From Synechococcus sp. A15-28 (GTDB lineage Bacteria > Cyanobacteriota > Cyanobacteriia > PCC-6307 > Cyanobiaceae), in assembly GCF_014280175.1 (NCBI RefSeq), contig NZ_CP047931.1, positions 780,001 through 812,000 on the forward strand: DNA of 32,000 nt, written 5' to 3'. Made by a program: the position numbers and the translations under genes. Shown in pieces: positions 1-8,413 of the stretch. The notes under the pieces are model-generated. The model saw nothing but the letters and a program-made list of their open reading frames with translations. It ran no database searches and was not told the origin of the DNA. Each line of letters opens with the position of its first letter. Position 1 is the stretch's first letter.

Positions 1-1
1 T

Positions 2-772
2 CTGATGGAAACCTTCCTCACCCAGGACATCCTCGACGACAAGACCGATTCCACGTCCAACAAAAACGTGGAGGCCCGTGGACAAGGCATCGCCAATATC
101 GTGGCGTCGCTGTTCGGGGGCATGGCGGGTTGTGCCCTGGTGGGTCAGTCGGTGATGAACATCGATAACGGCGGTCGCACCCGGCTTTCCACCCTGTTCT
201 CCGGTATCAGCCTTCTGGCGATGATCCTGCTCGCCGGACCATGGCTGAAGCAGATCCCGATGGCAGCCCTTGTGGCGGTGATGATCAGCATCGCTGTCAG
301 CACTGCCGACATCAACGGGTTGCGCAATCTGCGTCGCATTCCCAAGAGCGACACCTCGGTGATGCTGATGACCTTCGCCGTCACCATGCTCACCACGCCT
401 CACAACCTGGCGCTGGGGGTATTGGCCGGTGTGGCCCTCGCCGGAATCCTGTTCAGCCGCAAGGTGGCCAAGGTCATTCAGGTGGAAGCGATCGATGTGA
501 GCGATCAGGAGCGCCGCTATCGGGTGACCGGTCAGTTGTTCTTCGTGAGCAAGATCTACTTCCTGCAGGGATTCGATCTTCACGATCATCCCGAGCAAAT
601 TGTCATCGATCTCTCCGCGGCCCACATCTGGGATCAGAGTGGTGTGGCGGCGCTCGATCAGGTGATCCGCAAATTCAGGCTGGGGGGATCCGAGGTCTCC
701 GTTGAGGGACTGAACGACGAAAGCCTGGATCTGTTTGAACGGATCGGAGGACAGGAGTCCGCCCACGCCTGA
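2..772 (+). CDS. SulP-family anion transporter, C-terminal part with STAS domain (5' end outside window)
   Basis: Translation has the SulP-like segment 'NVEARGQGIANIVASLFGGMAG', hydrophobic helices, then a STAS-like tail 'IVIDLSAAHIWDQSGVAALDQVI'. The frame is open to the window edge, and the protein is too short to be full length. Confidence 0.85.
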   Translation: MMETFLTQDILDDKTDSTSNKNVEARGQGIANIVASLFGGMAGCALVGQSVMNIDNGGRTRLSTLFSGISLLAMILLAGPWLKQIPMAALVAVMISIAVSTADINGLRNLRRIPKSDTSVMLMTFAVTMLTTPHNLALGVLAGVALAGILFSRKVAKVIQVEAIDVSDQERRYRVTGQLFFVSKIYFLQGFDLHDHPEQIVIDLSAAHIWDQSGVAALDQVIRKFRLGGSEVSVEGLNDESLDLFERIGGQESAHA

Positions 773-786
773 AGCATGGGTGAGGT

Positions 787-1113
787 TCAGTTCAGGGCCT
801 GGGCGTCGTAGAGCACGGCCAGGCAGAGGCTCAGGTCATCCTGCATGGCACTCAAGCGACCTTCAATTTCGATGTCTTCAGGGTTCAGCTGGGAGTAACG
901 CGAGGTGACGTCGTTCCCGATGCTCATCAACATGCAAAGGGTCTGCAAATCGCCGGATTCGCTGGCCCGGTGCTGAGCTCCATCCAGCAGAACCCTCAAT
1001 AGCGCCATCTTGTTGTTGTAGGCCTCACGATCAGCAGCGTCCCAGGCCAGAACAGGCGTGGTCACCACCAGGCCGAGAAGCATCAGCATCAAACCAGGCA
1101 ACGCTCGCATCAC
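787..1113 (-). CDS. small secreted protein of unknown function
   Basis: 108-aa ORF with signal peptide-like N-terminus (MMRALPGLMLMLLGLVVTTPVLA|WDAA) filling the gap between confident genes. Confidence 0.6.
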   Translation of the reverse strand: MMRALPGLMLMLLGLVVTTPVLAWDAADREAYNNKMALLRVLLDGAQHRASESGDLQTLCMLMSIGNDVTSRYSQLNPEDIEIEGRLSAMQDDLSLCLAVLYDAQALN

Positions 1114-1194
1114 CAGGCCTAAACGCCCCTGGAAATTAGAGGCCTTCTCGTGATGTGGCCATGAATCTGGGACAATCCCACCCTATCCGTACCA

Positions 1195-2262
1195 ATGCTG
1201 ATGATCCGATCCAGCCGTCAACTTCTGATCGGAGCCATCGCGGTGGTGACCGGTCTGTTGGGGGGGTGCGCATCCCTGGAGGAGGCCGGCAGCTCACGGT
1301 TGGATCTGGTGAAGCAAAGGGATGAGCTTCTCTGTGGTGTGAGCGGCAAGATTCCAGGCTTCAGCTTTCTCAGTGCAGAGGGCACCTACACCGGGCTCGA
1401 TGTCGACATCTGTCGGGCCATGGCCGCCGCCTTCCTTGGCGATGCGGACAAGGTGCAGTACCGACCGCTGACGGCGCCGGAGCGGTTCACGGCTCTGCGC
1501 TCCGGGGAAATTGATCTGCTGTCCCGTAACACCACCCACACCCTCAGCCGTGATGCGCAGGGTGGGAACGGTCTTGGCTTCGCTCCCGTGGTGTTTCATG
1601 ACGGCCAGGGATTGATCGTGCCGGCCGACAGCGGCGTGACGACCCTGTCTGATCTGAGCGGCAAGGCCATCTGCGTTGGTTCAGGCACCACCACTGAGCA
1701 GAACCTCAACGACGCCTTCGAGTCCAATGGTATCCCTTACACCCCGATCAAATACCAGGACCTCAATCAAGTGGTGGGTGGCTACCTGCAGGGGCGCTGT
1801 CAGGCCATGACCTCGGATCGCTCGCAGCTGGCCGCAGCCCGTTCCGGCTTCAACGCGCCTGAAGCTCACGTGATTCTTGAAGACCGTCTCAGCAAAGAGC
1901 CTCTGGCACCGGCGGTGGTCGGCGGGGATCAGCGGCTTGTTGATGCCATGACCTGGGTTGTGTACGCCCTGATCGAAGCGGAGGAGCGCGGCATCACCCA
2001 AGCCAATCTCGATAGCCAGCTGCGTGTCGCTGAAGCGGATCCAAGCCAGGCGGCCCTGCGGCGATTCCTGGGGGTTGATGCCGGCCTGGGTCGCAAGCTC
2101 GGCCTGCCCGACGATTTCGTTTTGCAGGCCATTCGGGCCACCGGTAATTACGGCGAGATCTACGACCGCCACCTCGGGCCGCAGAGTCCGGTTGCGATCC
2201 CCCGTGGCGCCAATCGTCTCGCTGAGGACGGTGGCTTGATGATCGCGCCTCCGTTCACCTGA
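1195..2262 (+). CDS. aapJ: polar amino-acid ABC transporter, substrate-binding protein
   Basis: Lipoprotein-like N-terminus (GLLGGCAS). 'GFSFLSAEGTYTGLDVDICRAMAAAFLGD', 'LRSGEIDLLSRNTTHTLSRD' and 'DFVLQAIRATGNYGEIYDRHLG' are typical of the AapJ/NatF family. First gene of an operon with permeases and ATPase. Confidence 0.9.
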   Translation: MLMIRSSRQLLIGAIAVVTGLLGGCASLEEAGSSRLDLVKQRDELLCGVSGKIPGFSFLSAEGTYTGLDVDICRAMAAAFLGDADKVQYRPLTAPERFTALRSGEIDLLSRNTTHTLSRDAQGGNGLGFAPVVFHDGQGLIVPADSGVTTLSDLSGKAICVGSGTTTEQNLNDAFESNGIPYTPIKYQDLNQVVGGYLQGRCQAMTSDRSQLAAARSGFNAPEAHVILEDRLSKEPLAPAVVGGDQRLVDAMTWVVYALIEAEERGITQANLDSQLRVAEADPSQAALRRFLGVDAGLGRKLGLPDDFVLQAIRATGNYGEIYDRHLGPQSPVAIPRGANRLAEDGGLMIAPPFT

Positions 2263-3152
2263 TGCGCCGCCGTCGTCTGCTGCTGCAGCTGAGCCTGGCA
2301 GGGCTGTTGCTCGCTTTGGTCGGTTTGCTGATCAACAATCTGACCGTCAATCTGATCCGCACGGGCCTTGGCCTCGGCTTCGGTTGGCTGGGTCGGCCAG
2401 CGGGTTTTGCCCTTGCGGAAACAGCTCTGCCCTATGCACCCTCTGACTCTTATCTCTGGGCGCTGACCATCGGCTGGCTCAACAGCCTCAAGGTGATCCT
2501 CGCGGGTCTTGTGCTGGCCACGCTGCTGGGTGTCGCGGCGGGTGCGGCCCGCAACAGCACCAACCGGTTGCTGCGCAGTCTGGCGGGGACCTACGTCGCC
2601 CTGATCCGCCAGGTGCCGCTGCTGCTGCAGCTGTTGTTCTGGTACTTCGTGGCCTTCCTCGGTCTGCCGGCGATGCCCGTTGGCGGCTTGATTGAACTCT
2701 CCAACCAGGGGATTCAACTGCTGGGGCTGAATCTGAGCGTGGAGTTCTGCGCCGTTCTCACGGGTTTGACGGTGTTCACCGGAGCCTCCATTGCTGAAAT
2801 CGTTCGCGGTGGCATCAATGCCGTGCCCCGGGGCCAATGGGAGGCCTTCCGCAGCCTCGGGCTGGATGAGGGGCTTGGCCTGCGGCGGATTGTGCTGCCC
2901 CAGGCCTTGCCGGCCATCCTGCCGGCACTGACCAGTCAGTACCTGAACCTCGCCAAGAACAGCACCCTCGCCATTGCTGTCGGCTACGCCGACCTGTATG
3001 CCGTCAGCGACACCACCATCACCCAGACGGGCCGTGCCATCGAAGGATTTTTGTTGCTGCTGTTCAGTTTTCTGCTGCTCAATCTGTTGATCAGCGGCGG
3101 CATGTCCGTTCTGAATGGGGCGGTGCTTGGTCGTCTGCGGAGGAGTCGCTGA
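2262..3152 (+). CDS. aapQ: polar amino-acid ABC transporter, permease 1
   Basis: HisM-type permease segments 'IRQVPLLLQLLFWYF' and 'GGINAVPRGQWEAFRSLGLDEGLGLRRIVLPQALPAILPALTSQYLNLAKNSTLA'. Start overlaps the aapJ stop. Confidence 0.9.
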   Translation: MRRRRLLLQLSLAGLLLALVGLLINNLTVNLIRTGLGLGFGWLGRPAGFALAETALPYAPSDSYLWALTIGWLNSLKVILAGLVLATLLGVAAGAARNSTNRLLRSLAGTYVALIRQVPLLLQLLFWYFVAFLGLPAMPVGGLIELSNQGIQLLGLNLSVEFCAVLTGLTVFTGASIAEIVRGGINAVPRGQWEAFRSLGLDEGLGLRRIVLPQALPAILPALTSQYLNLAKNSTLAIAVGYADLYAVSDTTITQTGRAIEGFLLLLFSFLLLNLLISGGMSVLNGAVLGRLRRSR

Positions 3153-4126
3153 TGACGCGCTGGGCGGATCGATTGATCACGTTGCTGCTCCTGGTCCTGC
3201 TCGGATGGGGCGGTTGGGGCCTGTTGCATTGGCTGATGCATGGGGCCGAGTGGTCCGTCGTGCGTGCGAACCTGCCTCTCTATGCCGTGGGCAGTTACCC
3301 CTCCGATCAGCGCTGGCGACCGCTGCTCTGGATCGGGTCCTGCCTTGTGATGGTGGTGTTGACCTTGGTGGGCCCGAGGGGGGCGAGCTGGCGACGGTTC
3401 CTGCCCTCGCTCTGGATTGGCATGGCACCCCTGGGACTGTGGTTGCTGGCGGGCGGGCTGGGACTTCTTCCCGTGGGAACGCGCCATTGGGGAGGCCTCA
3501 CCCTCACCCTGCTTCTCACCGCAGGCAGTGGCCTGCTGGCGCTGCCGCTCGGGGTGTTGTTAGCCCTTGGTCGTCGCAGTGATCTGCCGGTGCTGCGCTG
3601 GAGCAGCACGGCTTACATCGAGCTGATGCGGGCGGTGCCGCTGATTGCGGTGCTGTTTTTCGGGCAGCTGCTGATTCCCTTGTTCCTGCCGCCGGGGTTG
3701 GAGATCAACCGCGTGCTCCGGGCGGTGCTGGCCTTTGCCCTGTTCGCCGCGGCGTATATCGCCGAAGACGTCAGGGGTGGATTGCAGGCGATTCCACCGA
3801 CGCAACGGGAGGCAGCAGCTGTCCTCGGTTTGTCCCCATTACAAACGCTGCAGCTTGTGGTGCTTCCCCAGGCGCTGCGCGTTGCTCTGCCATCGCTCAC
3901 CAATCAGGCGGTGGGACTGTTGCAGAACACCAGTCTGATGGCGATTCTCGGCCTGGTGGAGCTGCTGGGAATCAGCCGCAGCCTTTTGGCCAACCCGGCC
4001 TTCATCGGCCGCTACCTCGAGGTGTATCTGTGGCTGGCTGCGGTTTACTGGCTGGCGTGCACGGCGATGGCTCTGCTGGCCCGTCACCTGGAAGTCCAGC
4101 TCGACCCCGTCCGATCCAACCGATGA
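3152..4126 (+). CDS. aapM: polar amino-acid ABC transporter, permease 2
   Basis: 'YIELMRAVPLIAVLFFGQLLIPLFLPPG' and 'GGLQAIPPTQREAAAVLGLSPLQTLQLVVLPQALRVALPSLTNQAVGLLQNTSLMAILGLVELLG'. Start overlaps the previous stop. Confidence 0.9.
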   Translation: MTRWADRLITLLLLVLLGWGGWGLLHWLMHGAEWSVVRANLPLYAVGSYPSDQRWRPLLWIGSCLVMVVLTLVGPRGASWRRFLPSLWIGMAPLGLWLLAGGLGLLPVGTRHWGGLTLTLLLTAGSGLLALPLGVLLALGRRSDLPVLRWSSTAYIELMRAVPLIAVLFFGQLLIPLFLPPGLEINRVLRAVLAFALFAAAYIAEDVRGGLQAIPPTQREAAAVLGLSPLQTLQLVVLPQALRVALPSLTNQAVGLLQNTSLMAILGLVELLGISRSLLANPAFIGRYLEVYLWLAAVYWLACTAMALLARHLEVQLDPVRSNR

Positions 4127-4863
4127 CCGTTGCTATCCGCGCCACCGATCTGGTGAAGAGCTACACCCCTGGGGTGAGGGCTCTGGACCGGGTGAGTCTG
4201 GAGGTCAACAACGGCGAGGTGCTGGTGGTGATGGGACCGTCCGGTTCGGGCAAAAGCACCCTGATTCGCACCTTCAACGGACTCGAGATGCTGGATGGTG
4301 GATCCCTGGATGTTCTGGGGGTGCGTCTGGATTCAGCCCATGCTGAGCCTCAGGTGCGGGCGATCCGACGTCGGGTGGGCATGGTGTTTCAGCAGTTCAA
4401 TCTGTTTCCCCATCTCTCGATCCTCGAGAACATCGCGCTCGCCCCGGTGAAGGTGCAGAAGCGGCCAAAGGAGGAGGTGGAGCGACGGTCCTTGGAGTTG
4501 CTGGAGCAAATGGGCATCCAGGAGCAGGCACAGAAATACCCGGCACAGCTCAGTGGCGGCCAGCAGCAACGGGTGGCGATCGCCCGGGCTCTCGCCCTCG
4601 ATCCTGAGGTGATGCTGTTTGATGAGCCCACCAGTGCTCTGGATCCGGAGCGGGTGAAGGAAGTGCTCGATGCGATGCGTCAGCTGGCCAGCGGCGGGAT
4701 GACCATGGTGGTGGTGACCCATGAGATCGGCTTCGCCCGCGATGTGGCGGACCGGGTGATGTTCATGGACCAGGGACAGGTGGTAGAGACATCAGATCCG
4801 GAGACGTTTTTCTCGGCGGCCCGGGAAGAACGCAGTCGTCGTTTCCTCAGTCAGATGGTGTGA
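4123..4863 (+). CDS. aapP: polar amino-acid ABC transporter, ATP-binding protein
   Basis: Walker A 'GPSGSGKSTLIRTFNGLE', signature 'LSGGQQQRVAIARALALDPEVMLFDEPTSALDPE', H-loop 'VVVTHEIGFARDVADRV'. ATG at 4123 (MTVAIRATDLVKSYTPG) is preferred over the longer ORF start at 4030. Confidence 0.93.
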   Translation: MTVAIRATDLVKSYTPGVRALDRVSLEVNNGEVLVVMGPSGSGKSTLIRTFNGLEMLDGGSLDVLGVRLDSAHAEPQVRAIRRRVGMVFQQFNLFPHLSILENIALAPVKVQKRPKEEVERRSLELLEQMGIQEQAQKYPAQLSGGQQQRVAIARALALDPEVMLFDEPTSALDPERVKEVLDAMRQLASGGMTMVVVTHEIGFARDVADRVMFMDQGQVVETSDPETFFSAAREERSRRFLSQMV

Positions 4864-5054
4864 TGCTTCAACACGTCGGCGTCACGCTGTTTCCCTCCCT
4901 CCCGCGGGCTTCGTTTCAGGACCTGATGGTGGTTCTTCTGATCATCGGCCTGATGGTTTCACCGTTCGTCATTCACGACCAGCTCCGCCGTCGTCGGGTG
5001 AGGCGATTCATGGCCCGGGTCAAGCAGCAGGAGAGGGATTCAACGCGACGATGA
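4860..5054 (+). CDS. short membrane-anchored hypothetical protein
   Basis: 64 aa; overlaps the aapP stop (GTG/ATG start at 4860/4863); one hydrophobic segment (LMVVLLIIGLMVSPFVI) followed by a basic tail. Confidence 0.5.
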   Translation: MMLQHVGVTLFPSLPRASFQDLMVVLLIIGLMVSPFVIHDQLRRRRVRRFMARVKQQERDSTRR

Positions 5055-5259
5055 CGTAGTCGATCCGATCGTCATCAGAACAGCAGAGGTCGCCGTAGTA
5101 ACGCTCCAACTGCTCATAGGCCATGTCGTAACTGCTGTACGACTGACCCGTCAGAGCGTCACTTTCTCCGTCGCTGCGGACGATGCAGTGGGTTGTTGTT
5201 GGGCGATTGCGTTCCTGCTCTGCCTCAGCCATCTGCCAGGGGAAGTCGGGCCAGGGCAC
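5020..5259 (-). CDS. small hypothetical protein
   Basis: 79-aa ORF 'CIVRSDGESDALTGQSYSSYDMAYEQLERYYGDLCCSDDDRIDYVIVAL' with protein-like composition. Support is ORF only. Confidence 0.5.
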   Translation of the reverse strand: MPWPDFPWQMAEAEQERNRPTTTHCIVRSDGESDALTGQSYSSYDMAYEQLERYYGDLCCSDDDRIDYVIVALNPSPAA

Positions 5260-5419
5260 GCTCGGCTGCCAACAGTTCCCGTTCGGTGCTCATCCAGCTC
5301 TCATTGCCCAGGGGAAGATTCTGGACCTGGTCCGCGAGCAGCAGCATCAACTGTTCACAGCGTTCTCGAAGCTCCTGACGCAGCACGGCACGATTGGTAG
5401 ACAGATGAAAGTTTGGCAC
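5225..5419 (-). CDS. small hypothetical protein
   Basis: 64-aa ORF 'MPNFHLSTNRAVLRQELRERCEQLMLLLADQVQNLPLGNESWMSTERELLAAERALARLPLADG', predicted helical, overlapping the next minus-strand ORF. Confidence 0.5.
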   Translation of the reverse strand: MPNFHLSTNRAVLRQELRERCEQLMLLLADQVQNLPLGNESWMSTERELLAAERALARLPLADG

Positions 5420-5462
5420 GTGGGTGGGTGCTGCTTAGTTTCAATCGCTGGAGCGGTCAACC

Positions 5463-6380
5463 ATGCTGCGTTTTCTGCTGTGGTTGCTTCCCGCTCTGCT
5501 GATCGGGTTCTGGTGCGGACGCAGGCGTCCCAACCTTTCAGCGCGTCTTGCGATCCCGGTGGTGCACTTCGGTGTTCCCATCAGCGTGATGGGTCTTCTG
5601 TTGAGAGGTGGGCTCGGGGGGCAGATGGTTCTGGCTGCGGCTCTGGCCGTTCTCGCCATCGCCCTGATGCTGCTCCTGGCCCATCGACTGCCGGGATTAC
5701 ACGGTCTTTCCGCCCGATCGATGCGGCTCGGCAGTTGCATCGGCAACACCGCCTATGTCGGCGTTCCCCTGGCGCTGGCTTTTCTGCCGACGGAGGCTCT
5801 GGCGATCAGCATCGGCTACGACCTTGGCGCAACGTTGCTCACCTGGAGTCTTGGTCCGGTGTTCATCGGTGGCGCTCGTTTGGATCGTTCGACGGTCTGG
5901 AGCGGCTGGTTGCTCAGCCTGAGCAGTAGTCCCGCAACCCGGGGGCTGCTGGGGGCGCTTCTGGTGCAGTGGACCCCCTGGCGTTTTGCTGTTGCCGAGG
6001 CGCTCTGGTGGCCCTCCAGGGGCGTGATCGTTGTGGCGTTGATGGTGGTGGGCATGCGGCTGGGGAGCCTGTCCGGCGAAGTCGTGTCGTGGTCGCCGCT
6101 GCGCCTGGGGCTGATGCCCCCGATGCTGGTCAAGCTTTTGTTGTATCCAGGGCTGCTGCTCCTGTTGGGGATCGGATTGAGGCTCGATCCCGTGATGATT
6201 CAGGCCATCGCCTTGCAGGGTGCTGCGCCGACAGCGATTTCCCTGTTGTTAATTGCCGAGTCGGTTGGTGTTGATCAAGAGCGAGCGGCTGGACTTGTGT
6301 TCTGGAGCACTGTTTTGTCGTTGATCACGGCTCCGGCATGGGGGATGGCGCTGTCCTTGTTGATGCCAACTGGAGGATGA
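5463..6380 (+). CDS. AEC (auxin efflux carrier)-family permease
   Basis: About 10 hydrophobic segments with 'CIGNTAYVGVPLALAFLP' and 'GAAPTAISLLLIAESVGVDQERAAGLVFWSTVLSLITAPAWG', typical of AEC transporters. Confidence 0.8.
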   Translation: MLRFLLWLLPALLIGFWCGRRRPNLSARLAIPVVHFGVPISVMGLLLRGGLGGQMVLAAALAVLAIALMLLLAHRLPGLHGLSARSMRLGSCIGNTAYVGVPLALAFLPTEALAISIGYDLGATLLTWSLGPVFIGGARLDRSTVWSGWLLSLSSSPATRGLLGALLVQWTPWRFAVAEALWWPSRGVIVVALMVVGMRLGSLSGEVVSWSPLRLGLMPPMLVKLLLYPGLLLLLGIGLRLDPVMIQAIALQGAAPTAISLLLIAESVGVDQERAAGLVFWSTVLSLITAPAWGMALSLLMPTGG

Positions 6381-6534
6381 ATGCACTGATTCATATTCAT
6401 TCAGGCGGATTACGGGAGAACACAATTCCTTGGTCAATACGTTTTGTGAAGAGGCGGCGATCCGCCGGTATTCAGCCCTTGTGACGGTCCGTCAACTGTC
6501 GGTACATTGGCAGGGTAGGGATCGGGGATTTGAG

Positions 6535-6627
6535 ATGCAGCAGGTGGATCTTGTCGGCTCTTTGGGGCTTGTTCTATTGATTTCAGCCTTAACGGTGCTG
6601 GGCTATCGCATCAATCACGTTGTTTGA
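6535..6627 (+). CDS. putative 30-aa single-pass membrane microprotein
   Basis: ATG at 6535 gives MQQVDLVGSLGLVLLISALTVLGYRINHVV*. One TM-length hydrophobic stretch and a purine-rich stretch upstream (GGGGATTTGAG). The longer ORF starts at 6430. Confidence 0.35.
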   Translation: MQQVDLVGSLGLVLLISALTVLGYRINHVV

Positions 6628-6649
6628 TTTTGAGCGGGGTTTTGTCTGC

Positions 6650-7252
6650 TTAAACAGCTTGAAAACAGCGAAAGGTGAGATTGATTCTGGGGGTTGTAAT
6701 GCGTTTGCGCTGCGGTACACCATGCAGCCAATCCTGTTGGCAACCTGGATGCATCACGAGCAGATCGCCACTGCTCAAAGTCAGTGTGTGGCGGTGCTGT
6801 TTCTGATGACGGTGGCGCAACTGAAAGTCTCGACTTGAACCCAGGGAAAGAGACGCGATCGGTTGGCTTTGATCGATTTCTGCTTCGTCATCGGCATGCC
6901 AGCCCATGCGGTCTTCACCGTGGCGGTAGAGATTCAGCAGGCAACCATTGAATCGACATCGGCATGCCGTGCTGACCTGATCCAAGAGCGGTACGAACCA
7001 GCTGGGCCAGCCTTCTCCGCAGTGTTGGGTGCCGCTGTAGCGATAGGACACGTCGTGTTCTGCCAGGAACATCGTCAGGCGCGGTACCGGGTGGTGGCGG
7101 CCATAGACCTGAACGATCGGTTGCTGCCACTGGATTCTGTCCATCAGCATGGATTCCCAATGGTTGGCGTTCACCGGCAACAGCCAATTGCGGCGGAGCG
7201 TCCAAGGCAACGAGGACGACGCAGACTGGTTCTGTGACTCCGTCTCGCCCAT
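6650..7252 (-). CDS. AlkB-like 2-oxoglutarate/Fe(II)-dependent dioxygenase
   Basis: 'LLNLYRHGEDRMGWHADDEAEID...PIASLSLGSSRDFQLRH' (HxD motif), 'LTLSSGDLLVMHPGCQQDWLHGVPQ...RINLTFR' (distal His and Arg motif). Start chosen at MGETESQ (7252). Confidence 0.88.
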   Translation of the reverse strand: MGETESQNQSASSSLPWTLRRNWLLPVNANHWESMLMDRIQWQQPIVQVYGRHHPVPRLTMFLAEHDVSYRYSGTQHCGEGWPSWFVPLLDQVSTACRCRFNGCLLNLYRHGEDRMGWHADDEAEIDQSQPIASLSLGSSRDFQLRHRHQKQHRHTLTLSSGDLLVMHPGCQQDWLHGVPQRKRITTPRINLTFRCFQAV

Positions 7253-8030
7253 GACATCAACCTTGTTGATTCTTGGCGACAGCCTGATGGATGCCGGTAA
7301 CGTGTCGCGTGCCACGGACGATCTGGTGCTTGGGGAGCAGATCGCCATTGCCATGGGTGGTGATCCAGAGGATGTTCAGTTGTTTCCCCTCCAGGATTCT
7401 CTCCGCCCTCAGTCGGCTCAGCTTCACAATTACGCCCATGGGGGAGCCCAGTCCGGTTCCGGGTTCAAGCAACAGGTGCGGGCTGTTCGTCGACATGCCG
7501 ATGTTTATCAGTCGCTGAGCGATGTGGATCTGTTGATCTCTGCTGGAGCCAATGATCTTCTCGATCAACTGGAGGACAGCTCAGCTTTCATGGCAGCGCT
7601 CGACACGGAGGATCGACGTGATGATCGTCAGTTGATGCGCAGGAATGCCAAACGAATCGCTTGCAATCTCCGGCGTGGGGTCGATCGGTTGACCGGTCTG
7701 GTGGATGACGTTGTGGTCACTGGAGCCTTCCCGCTGACGGCAACCCCTGAGGTCCAGTCGTTGGCTGATGCGTTCGACTCGGCAACGTTCGATCGCCTGG
7801 TCGCGATCGTGGATGGCATCGGCGCGAAGGTTCAACGCAAGCTGGAACGCCACTTTGCTTCCAATGACTCTGTTGCCGTTCTGAACCTCAAAGCGGCGTG
7901 GGACAGACTTGAAGCCCCTGACTTTGTTGATGCGGTGCACCCCAGCAGCGAGACGAGTCGAGAGCTGGCGGACTTGATCGTTCCTGATCTGGTCCAACAG
8001 CTGAACAGCTTCGGCTTCGCGGAAGGATGA
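7251..8030 (+). CDS. SGNH/GDSL-type esterase/hydrolase family protein
   Basis: 'LLILGDSLMDAGNVSRA' (GDSL block I), 'DLLISAGANDLLDQL' (GxND block), 'FVDAVHPSSETSRELADLI' (DxxH block). ATG at 7251. Confidence 0.85.
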   Translation: MTSTLLILGDSLMDAGNVSRATDDLVLGEQIAIAMGGDPEDVQLFPLQDSLRPQSAQLHNYAHGGAQSGSGFKQQVRAVRRHADVYQSLSDVDLLISAGANDLLDQLEDSSAFMAALDTEDRRDDRQLMRRNAKRIACNLRRGVDRLTGLVDDVVVTGAFPLTATPEVQSLADAFDSATFDRLVAIVDGIGAKVQRKLERHFASNDSVAVLNLKAAWDRLEAPDFVDAVHPSSETSRELADLIVPDLVQQLNSFGFAEG

Positions 8031-8083
8031 CGTCCCATGAAGGGACTGCAGCTCACCAGGGCTCTTCCCATACATTCCTAGGC

Positions 8084-8413
8084 ATGGGAGCTCGAATCAC
8101 ACAGGACGAATTTCTCAAGCGCGCTAGGCAGCGTTTCGGTGATCAGTTCGATTACAGCCAGATCATCTGGAGAAGTTTCAAGAGCCCGGTGAAGATCCAC
8201 TGCACGCATCACCCGGTTCAGGAGATCACGATCACTCCGGAGAAGCACCTTCAGACCCTGGGAGGTTGCCGGCATTGTTTGCGGGAGAGACGGATCGTTG
8301 CCCTGGAGCGGGAGCTCAACCGCAGGTCTGCACCGGAACGGGTCCTTGCGGTGCAGTCCGAGCAGTCCGATTCGGTGCAGTCCGAAGCTCAGGCGCTCAA
8401 GCTCACCCGCTGA
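8084..8413 (+). CDS. hypothetical protein with DUF723/phage endonuclease-associated type module
   Basis: 'TQDEFLKRARQRFGDQFDYSQIIWRSFKSPVKIHCTHHPVQEITITPEKHLQTLGGCRHC' resembles the 'F..rA...hg.kydYs......s...kv.i.C..Hg.F...p..Hl...gCp.C' module. Start chosen at MGARITQ. Confidence 0.65.
   Translation: MGARITQDEFLKRARQRFGDQFDYSQIIWRSFKSPVKIHCTHHPVQEITITPEKHLQTLGGCRHCLRERRIVALERELNRRSAPERVLAVQSEQSDSVQSEAQALKLTR

Noticed and set aside
7149-7250. Upstream extension of the SGNH hydrolase ORF
   Set aside because: It overlaps the AlkB coding sequence antisense. The conserved 'LLILGDSL' starts right after ATG 7251, so the extension is unlikely to be translated.
8304-8350. Short direct repeat GGTGCAGTCCGA
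   Set aside because: Two short copies inside the low-complexity QSE tail of the 8084-8413 protein; too short and local to suggest an element.
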